This document shows positions 8,400 to 15,914 of a stretch of 16,829 bases of DNA, in pieces; positions within the stretch are counted from its first letter, which is position 1; the number at the start of each line of letters is the position of its first letter. The DNA is taken from positions 72,028 through 88,856 of the forward strand of contig JALTLO010000200.1 in assembly GCA_027001995.1 (NCBI GenBank), in the 5' to 3' direction. Origin of the DNA: Planctomycetota bacterium. Its GTDB lineage: Bacteria > Planctomycetota > GCA-002687715 > DRQF01. The notes under the pieces were generated by a model, which did no database searches, was not told the DNA's origin, and saw only the letters and a program-made list of their open reading frames with translations. A program made the position numbers and the translations under genes.

Positions 8400-10282
8400 T
8401 GGGCAAAGGCACTTTCGTCAACGTAGAGGCGATGCCACATTTCTAAGATCATAAGACACCAAAGCAAATGGCTTTGATCTCTCCTTTCGCTGTGATGCTC
8501 ACGCCACAAACGATCGATCATCGCGGGTTCGAAAATCCCTCTTTCTCGAGCTCGCTGACCAAGAATGAGATCTTCGGCACGATCATTCCATTCATTGCTA
8601 AACCAACGAGCAATGGGAATCGCAAAGCCCTGTTTCTTGCGATCAATGACTGAAGGTGGAACCAAAGACCGAGCGATCTTCTTCAAAATCAATTTCCCTT
8701 CGTCCTTGGCGAAAGAATAGCGTAATGGAACCCGAGCCGCCGCCTCAACGAAAACGTGGTCCAGCATAGGCGCCCGGGCTTCCAAGGAAACCAACATACT
8801 CATCCGATCAACCTTAGTCATGATATCGGCAGGCAGATAGATTTCCGCGTCTGCGATCATCTTACGACGGGCTGGGCTAAGATTCTGATGGCGGCTAAGA
8901 ATCTCTTGAAAACAAAGAGATGGATCACTCCCATTGGCGGAATCAGCGAAAGATGATGTAAACAAGCGCCGATGCCAAGCTGAAACACCACAGGTAAGAT
9001 GTTGGATATACCGTTCGTCTTCCGATGAAGCCAATGAATGCAAAGATGCTTGACCAAAGGCGCCAATGGGTAATAACTTGGAAGGGAGTCCGAACAACAA
9101 CTTGCGCAATCCAAGAGGCAAGATGTCGAAAGAACCGGATGAGGTTTTCACATAACGCGCGTAACCACAGAATAACTCGTCGCCACCATCACCAGACAAG
9201 GCAACAGTCACATGTTTCCTTGCCATCTTTGAAACATAATAGGTGGGAATGGCAGAGGAGTCGGCAAATGGCTCATCAAACTGGCGCACTAAGTCTTCGA
9301 TTATTTCTGCGGCATTGGGCTTGACGACTTCTTCGTGGTGGTCAGTTCCCAGATGCTTCGCCACCTGTCGGGCGTAAGGTAATTCGTCGAACCCTTGATC
9401 TTCGAAACCGATAGAGAAAGTCTTTACCGGGGCGTTCGCCACTCTGCACATGAGGCCGACAATGGTGCTCGAATCTGTACCACCAGATAGATAGGCGCCC
9501 AAAGGCACATCAGAGATCATGCGGAGTCTCACAGACTCCTCTAAGATTGATTCCAAACGCTCCTGATGATCGGCCTCACTCAAAGTCTCGTCAGGAGTGT
9601 AGTCAACCTGCCAATAGCGCCTGGTTTGAATTTGCCCCTTTGACAATGTCAAGAAACTCGCCGGTGGAAGTTTCTCGATGCCGTCAAAAATGGTCATGGG
9701 GTCAGGCACATAGCCATATCCCATGTATTGAACGATGGCCCCGTCTCTTACTTTCGGTCGCCTCATTCCGAGACGATGTAACCCTACGAGGATTGACTTG
9801 ATCTCGGAGGCGAAGAAAAAGACGTCGCCACATCGATAGTAATGGAGTGGTTTCTTGCCGATGCGATCTCGGGCCAAGAACAGACTGCGGTTGTCTCGAT
9901 CCCAAATTGCAAATGCGAACATGCCTCGCAGGTCTTCCACGCAGCAGTCGTCTTTTTCGCAAAAGAGTTTCAGCACAACCTCTGTGTCGCAATTCGTCTT
10001 GAAATGCACCCCTAAATCTTGCAGCCTCTTCCTCTCAATCTGAAAGTTGTAACATTCGCCGTTGAAGACAATTGTCTTCGAACCATCATCTGAAGTCATG
10101 GGTTGAGCGCCACCAGATACGTCGATGATGGCCAATCTCCGCATCCCCAAGGCCACGGGCCCGTCAACCATCAATCCCTGAGAATCGGGTCCACGGTGAA
10201 CGATGGCGTCGCACATGGCATCCAGCACTGTTTTATCTGCTGGAGCACCGTTGAGATTCAGATAACCAGCAATCCCACACAT
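8396..10282 (-). CDS. asnB: Asparagine synthase (glutamine-hydrolysing) family amidotransferase, likely glycan or cell-envelope modifying type
   Basis: N-terminal MCGIAG (Ntn Cys), HRGPD, RRLAIID, FNGECYN, LARDRIGKKPL, YLSGGTDSS, SGDGGDELFCGY, KVDRMSM..SLEARAP and RKKQGF. Its TGA overlaps the next gene's ATG (ATGA, 8396-8399). Confidence 0.93.
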   Translation of the reverse strand: MCGIAGYLNLNGAPADKTVLDAMCDAIVHRGPDSQGLMVDGPVALGMRRLAIIDVSGGAQPMTSDDGSKTIVFNGECYNFQIERKRLQDLGVHFKTNCDTEVVLKLFCEKDDCCVEDLRGMFAFAIWDRDNRSLFLARDRIGKKPLHYYRCGDVFFFASEIKSILVGLHRLGMRRPKVRDGAIVQYMGYGYVPDPMTIFDGIEKLPPASFLTLSKGQIQTRRYWQVDYTPDETLSEADHQERLESILEESVRLRMISDVPLGAYLSGGTDSSTIVGLMCRVANAPVKTFSIGFEDQGFDELPYARQVAKHLGTDHHEEVVKPNAAEIIEDLVRQFDEPFADSSAIPTYYVSKMARKHVTVALSGDGGDELFCGYARYVKTSSGSFDILPLGLRKLLFGLPSKLLPIGAFGQASLHSLASSEDERYIQHLTCGVSAWHRRLFTSSFADSANGSDPSLCFQEILSRHQNLSPARRKMIADAEIYLPADIMTKVDRMSMLVSLEARAPMLDHVFVEAAARVPLRYSFAKDEGKLILKKIARSLVPPSVIDRKKQGFAIPIARWFSNEWNDRAEDLILGQRARERGIFEPAMIDRLWREHHSERRDQSHLLWCLMILEMWHRLYVDESAFAQ

Positions 10283-10394
10283 GTGTCATTAACCCTTTTT
10301 ATCTCAGTCATAGATGCACAAATTAGAACGAGCCGAGAGCGAACTCGGTATGAGACCATAGTGTGTACCGAGCACAATCCGTCAAGAGGAGAAC

Positions 10395-10760
10395 ATGCCG
10401 AACATGATGAAACGTAAGCCACGGCGATTTTTTCTTCTGATCTTCGCGATTCCATCCGCTATTGGGACTTTTGCCCTTTGGTCGACTCTCGAATGGCCAA
10501 TCTTGGGAGGCTGGCTGCTCAGTGCCAATGTGGTGGCTTTCTGTCTGTGGAGCTACGATAAGATTTCGGCCAAAAGGAAAGGATGGAGGGTTCCAGAAGC
10601 TGCCTTGCACATCATGTCCGTTGTCGGAGCGACCCCCGCCGCCTTCATTGGGATGAAATTCATGCGCCACAAGAGCATGAAATTACATTTCGCCATACTC
10701 TACAGCGTTCTTTTCTTGCTCCAAATTGCCCTTCTCATCACTTGGTCCAGTCGGCCATGA
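10395..10760 (+). CDS. DUF1294 family small membrane protein
   Basis: YDKISAKRKGWRVPEAALH...GA...GMKFMRHKSMK signature with hydrophobic helices. GAGGAG at 10386-10391. The start could instead be ATG 10404 or 10407. Confidence 0.88.
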   Translation: MPNMMKRKPRRFFLLIFAIPSAIGTFALWSTLEWPILGGWLLSANVVAFCLWSYDKISAKRKGWRVPEAALHIMSVVGATPAAFIGMKFMRHKSMKLHFAILYSVLFLLQIALLITWSSRP

Positions 10761-11893
10761 AGGCAACTGTCTGCCCCCACAGTCCGCCCTGCCCTGGGTG
10801 CCCGTCCTGGAATCGACCTCAGAAAAACTCAGAGAAACTGTTGCGGCTTCAGGCTCTCATCGCCTCCCAAGGAGGGCAATTAATAGAAACCCTCCAAGGG
10901 AATTCTTCTGGATTCCGAAATCGAGCGAGATTGGCAATCCGTGGCCGTGTGGGAAACCCAAAGGTCGGGATCTTTCAGGCCGCAAGCCATCGCATCGTCG
11001 ACATCCCATCTTGCCCCGTGCATCACCCCGCCATCAACACCAGTGTTGCCCACCTCAAACACGCCATGAGAATCCACCAGATTGCTCCCTACGTGGAAGG
11101 ACCTCGATTGGGCCTCTTGCGGTATGTACAACTGGTTGTCTCTTTGAAAACCGGCCAAGTTCAGCTCACCTTGGTCGTCACGAACAAAAAAGACACCCAA
11201 TTACTGGGGTTCATGACGACCCTAACCGAGAGCATGGGTCCTCTCCTACATTCCGCATGGATCAACGAGAACAAGGGGGTCGGGAACGCCATCTTAGGCC
11301 CTGATTTTGATCTGGTTTTCGGGAGGGAATTCTTGGAGGACGATTTCGCCGGTCGACAACTCTATTTTCACCCTGGCGCTTTTGGCCAATCAAACATGGC
11401 TTTGGCCGGAGAAATGGTGAAGTGGATCGATGAGGAAATCCCAAAGCATAAGTCAATCTTGGAATACCACGCCGGTGTAGGTGCTATTGGTTTGGGGTTG
11501 ATCGAGAATTCGATTTCTTACCACGCCAATGAGATTTCGCCCTGGGGCCTCATGGGACTGAAGAAAAGCTTGGATCAGAACCCCGGCTGGTCTTCTAAGA
11601 GCGAGATCCACGTGGGAATGGACCATGACTTTGCGTCTTTAACAACCCACGCTGATGTCATCATTTGCGACCCGCCCCGAAAAGGCGTGTTGGCTTCATT
11701 GGCCAAAACGATCGCAGAGGCCAAAGCCGAAAAAATCATCTTGATCTATTGCGGCTTCGAGTCGTTCCTGAGGGATGTTGAGATCATTCTGTCTTTCGGT
11801 GTGTTTCAGTTGAGCAGAATACGACCTGTTGCCCTCTTCCCTCATACAGACCACATAGAGATTGTGGCTGTGTTGGAGAGGAAACGACAGTAA
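10757..11893 (+). CDS. RNA (uracil-5)-methyltransferase, TrmA/RlmC/RlmD superfamily, with [4Fe-4S] motif and no TRAM domain
   Basis: ATG 10757 overlaps the DUF1294 stop (ATGA). CPHSPPCPGC plus distal IPSCPVH provides four Cys. Also FRNRARL, FGQSN, SAM motif EYHAGVGAIG, DPPRKG, catalytic-Cys motif IYCG, and FPHTDHIE. Confidence 0.88.
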   Translation: MKATVCPHSPPCPGCPSWNRPQKNSEKLLRLQALIASQGGQLIETLQGNSSGFRNRARLAIRGRVGNPKVGIFQAASHRIVDIPSCPVHHPAINTSVAHLKHAMRIHQIAPYVEGPRLGLLRYVQLVVSLKTGQVQLTLVVTNKKDTQLLGFMTTLTESMGPLLHSAWINENKGVGNAILGPDFDLVFGREFLEDDFAGRQLYFHPGAFGQSNMALAGEMVKWIDEEIPKHKSILEYHAGVGAIGLGLIENSISYHANEISPWGLMGLKKSLDQNPGWSSKSEIHVGMDHDFASLTTHADVIICDPPRKGVLASLAKTIAEAKAEKIILIYCGFESFLRDVEIILSFGVFQLSRIRPVALFPHTDHIEIVAVLERKRQ

Positions 11894-11911
11894 TCAATCT
11901 GAAAGAGGGAC

Positions 11912-13066
11912 TTAATCCAGCGGAAGAGGATAACTCCCCGGACCTACGATGATCCGATTGCTAGCCAAGTAGTTGACAGGGGCGCTTGGATCATACACAG
12001 CCCGAAACTGGATAGCCTGGGCGTAGAAAGTCATATTCTCCAATCCCATCGTTCCATAAAAATTGGCTTCATAGTATTGGCAAGGATTCGTACTGATAGG
12101 AGCCTGGAATTCCGTGACAAGAATGGATGATGCTGTGCCGTTTCCTACCAGAATGTTGATGCCGTAGGCTGGCAGATATGTCCCGCTGGGATTGTCTGTC
12201 AGTGAAAACAGCAAGCAACCAACGAAGCCGCCCAATTTGGTGTAACCACTGGTGTATTTCCAGATCCCATTTTGGTTCACGATGTCAACCATTTGAAAAT
12301 TATTGACAACGGGGACACCTCCAGAGATGTCGGCAAGAGCAACGCGCCTGAAGTCCTCTTCTGTAACCCCAGAAATGAAGTCTTCGCCAATCATGGCGTC
12401 ATCGAAAGAACCCAAGAAAACGTGCACACCAATATGCGTCTGTCCGGCACTGGCATACTGATTCAAGAGATCGCAAAAGTTAGTCAAACTGAATTCCATG
12501 TCTGGGCAAGTCGCCACGGGAGACCCCAAGATCCCACCATTGTTCCCTGGCAAATCAGCCCCGAAAGCGGCGAAGCTCTGGGATAAAGGTACATTCGGCA
12601 GTACCTGGGCAACACGGAATTGATTTGCATTCGATCCCATTGGAATTCCAGCAATAATGTCGCCAACTCCATCATCGTCCAGGTCGATACAAACGGCCAT
12701 AGATTCCGTGCCACCGAAATTCGGCTGATCAACACCACCGGAGAGGTAGAGATAATAATCCGTTTGACTGGGATTCCCGTTGCCATCTGCGTCCCCGCAA
12801 ATACCAGCGGTGTCGATGCCAATCTGCAATCGGTCATTATCCTTATCATAGTGCATGGCCATGCCCATCATGTCCCAACCGGAAGTCGTCCCTGATAAAG
12901 GCCCAGTCATAAGTAGATCAAGACCATTGGCATCAGCCACATAAGTAGCGCCCTGAAAGTCTTGATTTACGAATCCAGTAAACGGGACGCCCTGTCCGTA
13001 GGCGACAACACCGAGATAGAGACAAATCGCAACGACAACAGCGATACGGTAGAAGTTGGCTCGCAT
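11912..13066 (-). CDS. Uncharacterised secreted protein with acidic Ca-binding-like loops
   Basis: 384 aa from ATG 13066 with GGAG 7 nt upstream. Signal peptide MRANFYRIAVVVAICLYLGVVAYG; DADGNG and DLDDDG loops; C-terminal FYAQAIQF...DPSAP...ASNRIIV. Confidence 0.75.
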   Translation of the reverse strand: MRANFYRIAVVVAICLYLGVVAYGQGVPFTGFVNQDFQGATYVADANGLDLLMTGPLSGTTSGWDMMGMAMHYDKDNDRLQIGIDTAGICGDADGNGNPSQTDYYLYLSGGVDQPNFGGTESMAVCIDLDDDGVGDIIAGIPMGSNANQFRVAQVLPNVPLSQSFAAFGADLPGNNGGILGSPVATCPDMEFSLTNFCDLLNQYASAGQTHIGVHVFLGSFDDAMIGEDFISGVTEEDFRRVALADISGGVPVVNNFQMVDIVNQNGIWKYTSGYTKLGGFVGCLLFSLTDNPSGTYLPAYGINILVGNGTASSILVTEFQAPISTNPCQYYEANFYGTMGLENMTFYAQAIQFRAVYDPSAPVNYLASNRIIVGPGSYPLPLD

Positions 13067-13073
13067 AAGAGAA

Positions 13074-13210
13074 CTCCACAGGTTTGTAAGGGGCTCGGCC
13101 CTATTCCCCCTCCCAAGGGAATGGAACCGAGACTGCCCTTCGCCACAACAGAGCGACAAAGGACCTTTGCCTTTTGGTTACCTGGTCAACCGGGACCACC
13201 TGGAGCCCTT
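13074..13210 (-). promoter_or_regulatory. Candidate structured 5' leader RNA
   Basis: Three hairpins (13094-13131, 13136-13163, 13183-13198). The two larger ones rely on G-U pairs that form only on the minus strand. A 5' segment is complementary to the RBS region. Confidence 0.4.
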
Positions 13211-13390
13211 GTAGAGAACTTATATGCTTAAGCAAAACAAATAATACTTTTAAGTAATAATCCCTCATGTTGGGAATGCGAGAGGCGGCGATGCCACCGA
13301 TTCTTCTGTTCGGCGAATAATTACCCGAATTCAGGGTGCAGGGCGAGGGGGAAGACGAACAGGTTGTCGTCGGAAAGCAGTACTAAGAAC

Positions 13391-15130
13391 CTATTCTGCG
13401 TTTTGAAGCAAGGTGAGAAGCCCCGTATTGGACGCGACGACCTTGGCCAAACAAGTTCGATAGACGTCTGGGCTCAATCCGTAGGGATCGGTTGTTTCAA
13501 TGTCTTGGGAGCAATCCGCGTTCATCACGCCGTGCAAGAAGGTTTTCTTCATAGCTCCAGGGAATTCCGTCTTCATTCGCAGCAAATGAGTCACGTCCAT
13601 GGCGCAGATCAGGTCAGCCCGATCAATCATGGCTTGATCAACACGGGCTGATCGCGACGCCCTCAAGTCAATGCCAGACTGTTTGGCTTCGTCCAACATG
13701 ACCGGGTCAGCCGGGCGCCCTTCACGATCATGGAACCCAGCACTCTCTGCAGTCAAGCCCCTCACTTTGGGGGCTCGTGCCATGAAGTCCACTTCCGCAA
13801 CGGCACTGCGGTTGATGTTGCCATAGCATAGAAACAGAACATGCCTCGCCCCAGAAACTTGCGAACTCAAGCGAGAACGATCGCGACGCCATTGCTGCAT
13901 TTCCTTGAGCAACCTTAGCTTTTCTTTGCGCTCGCCCATGCGCCTCAAGAGCAAGGCAATCGACCGTTTGAAATCAATCCAACCCGGTTTCCAATCGAAG
14001 AAATTTTGCACGTCGAAACGGTGCTTTCGGTGAAAGATGCCAAACCATGACAAGAATCCAGAAGATCGACGAGGCCACTGAATCAAAGGATTTGGATCGG
14101 TCTTTCGAAGCACTTCAATCGACCAAAATAGGTCTCGCGAAAATTTGCGGCTTCTTATGCCGATTTTGTACTCCGTCCGCTCTGGGCGCAGACCGTCGAC
14201 ATCCAAATCGAAGAGCCAACGAGGAAAATTGGCACCAGCATGGACGCAAAGGGGCAAGGAGCCCCAGAAACGGCCATTGATTTCCATGAGCCATCGTTTA
14301 CCGGCTTCGGCATCGAACTTGAACTCCACCATGGCAACACCATGGTAGCCAATAGACTTCATCAGCTTTTTGGCGCCATCCAACATCACGGCGTCCAAGG
14401 ACACGCTTTGACGATAACTCGAGCCTCCCCCGGTGAGAGGCCATTCATGCAATCTCTGGTGCTGAAAAGCTGCGACGACTTCCCCCTGATCCACCAAGAC
14501 TTCCACGCCAACGCCGATGCCACCGGCATATTCTTGAAGAATGACCGGGCCAAACTTGACTGTCTCAGAAACGAGCGTTTCGAGCTCTTGACTATCGTGG
14601 GCATAGCGTACATTGAGGGAACAGCGACCCTGCCCCCCATTTGAGACCACCGATCGACTTGGCTTGACGACAACAGGAAAACTCAACTGCAAATGGAAAA
14701 CGTCAGCCAGAGATTCGACAACCCAACTCTTAGGTACGTCAATTCCCAAGGTCTCAGCACAAGCAAATGTGGCGACCTTGTTGGAGCAAATCTCGTGGGC
14801 CTCTGCTGGCGCCAGAGCGATGGGACAAAAAGCCAAAAGCTCTTCTCTGGCATTGGCAATAGGTTGAAGCGTGTCATCGGTCACCGGAATCACATAAGCA
14901 TAGTGCCCACAAGAAAGCAGCCCTTTCAGCCAAGCAATGAATCCCGATGGGTCCTCTTTTGGGGAAGGATAACGTAGGGTCTCTTGGGTGTACTTCGAAT
15001 AGGAAGTCAAGCAGCAATCGCGGCTATCCGCTGTGACAACATCCAAATCGTGTCGTTTCAGGGAACGAACAATGGCGTAAGCCGACGCTTGATCTCCATC
15101 CAAGACCAAGACACATCGACGCTTATTCAT
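13391..15130 (-). CDS. ATP-grasp ligase fused to a C-terminal low-molecular-weight protein-tyrosine-phosphatase-like domain
   Basis: 579 aa from ATG 15130. Pre-ATP-grasp region VLVLDG...IVRSL, then NKVAT, FPVVVKP, ILQEY, GVAMVEFK and LMEINGRFWGSL. The C-terminal domain has VLFLCYGNINRS, SAGFH, ADLICAMD and DPYG. Confidence 0.88.
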   Translation of the reverse strand: MNKRRCVLVLDGDQASAYAIVRSLKRHDLDVVTADSRDCCLTSYSKYTQETLRYPSPKEDPSGFIAWLKGLLSCGHYAYVIPVTDDTLQPIANAREELLAFCPIALAPAEAHEICSNKVATFACAETLGIDVPKSWVVESLADVFHLQLSFPVVVKPSRSVVSNGGQGRCSLNVRYAHDSQELETLVSETVKFGPVILQEYAGGIGVGVEVLVDQGEVVAAFQHQRLHEWPLTGGGSSYRQSVSLDAVMLDGAKKLMKSIGYHGVAMVEFKFDAEAGKRWLMEINGRFWGSLPLCVHAGANFPRWLFDLDVDGLRPERTEYKIGIRSRKFSRDLFWSIEVLRKTDPNPLIQWPRRSSGFLSWFGIFHRKHRFDVQNFFDWKPGWIDFKRSIALLLRRMGERKEKLRLLKEMQQWRRDRSRLSSQVSGARHVLFLCYGNINRSAVAEVDFMARAPKVRGLTAESAGFHDREGRPADPVMLDEAKQSGIDLRASRSARVDQAMIDRADLICAMDVTHLLRMKTEFPGAMKKTFLHGVMNADCSQDIETTDPYGLSPDVYRTCLAKVVASNTGLLTLLQNAE

Positions 15131-15140
15131 GATGACGTTC

Positions 15141-15914
15141 TCAGGATTTGACAAAACCGATAGCCAACCGCGTACCTTGTAGAGCACAGATCTGTTCGAA
15201 ACGACCACGAAATTCATCAACCGCTCGGGAGACATCTTCCATCTCGCCGTAGTCGTGCCACATAACAAGCCCTCCCGACCGGACCACGGAGAGGGCATTT
15301 TCCGTGTCATTCTTAACGTATTCATAGGCATGGCATCCGTCAATGAAGGCCATGTCAAAAGGTCCGCCCAGGGTGCCCCAGTCCACTTTCCCTGAATCCT
15401 CGAAAACCTGCTCAATCCGCTCCTTTTCTGCACGATCCAAGAACTGCTCGCCCACCACGTGTCGCTCGGTGACATTGCGCAGCTCAGGATCGATAGCCAG
15501 CTCCAAGTCTGGTTCCGGCTCTTCTAAGGGAAGATCGAGAGTTGTCACTTTCCCGTCATCGCCCACGTTGGCAGCCATGTTCAAAGTCGTATTTCCATCA
15601 AATGTTCCGACTTCTACCACCCGTTTGGCACCAATATGAGACATTCCCATGAGAATACAGTTCAATTCGTAAATTGTCGTAGACGTTGCTGGGTCCCGAC
15701 GACCAGAATTAAGAATCCGATAGTCGGCCCCTGCTGCCTCCGGGAATACCTCTTGAGGGTGCAATCTGGGCAATTCGCCATACCACCAACAGCACTGAGT
15801 ATGAACCATGGGATCTTTCGGCATCAGCCTCTTGAAAATGTCACCTATGGAAAAGGGCAACGCTAACCACCATTTCAGGCTAAAACGTCTCAATCCCCCG
15901 TACTTCATCGGCAT
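15141..15914 (-). CDS. Class I SAM-dependent O-methyltransferase (Methyltransf_24-like)
   Basis: VVEVGTFDGNTT, VTTLDL and PFDMAFIDGCHAYEYVKNDTENAL...GGLVMWHDY. ATG 15914 follows GGGGTG; alternative starts are 15938 and 15908. It ends 10 nt before the ATP-grasp start. Confidence 0.85.
   Translation of the reverse strand: MPMKYGGLRRFSLKWWLALPFSIGDIFKRLMPKDPMVHTQCCWWYGELPRLHPQEVFPEAAGADYRILNSGRRDPATSTTIYELNCILMGMSHIGAKRVVEVGTFDGNTTLNMAANVGDDGKVTTLDLPLEEPEPDLELAIDPELRNVTERHVVGEQFLDRAEKERIEQVFEDSGKVDWGTLGGPFDMAFIDGCHAYEYVKNDTENALSVVRSGGLVMWHDYGEMEDVSRAVDEFRGRFEQICALQGTRLAIGFVKS

Noticed and set aside
10583..10756. N-terminal extension of the RNA methyltransferase ORF
   Set aside because: It lies inside the DUF1294 gene. 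The ATGA overlap at 10757 and the Fe-S motif immediately after it give a better start.
13067..13159. 31-aa extension of the secreted protein ORF
   Set aside because: The RBS and signal peptide both support ATG 13066.
13155..13175. GGCAAA on the minus strand suggesting a c-di-GMP-I riboswitch
   Set aside because: The hairpin that follows has no GNRA loop, and I see no downstream GCAAAG or tetraloop receptor.
15131..15475. N-terminal 115-aa extension of the ATP-grasp ORF in the track (694 aa)
   Set aside because: It overlaps the methyltransferase in another frame and shows no recognisable motif. The domain starts at MNKRRCVLVLDG (15130).
67..15866. Numerous short antisense or off-frame ORFs in the track
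   Set aside because: They mostly overlap well-supported genes and show no recognisable motifs.
8396..15914. RiPP cluster (AsnB as lasso cyclase, or ATP-grasp as graspetide synthetase)
   Set aside because: AsnB retains an intact glutaminase domain (MCG start). I found no B protein or RRE, no precursor peptide with core repeats, and no ABC exporter.
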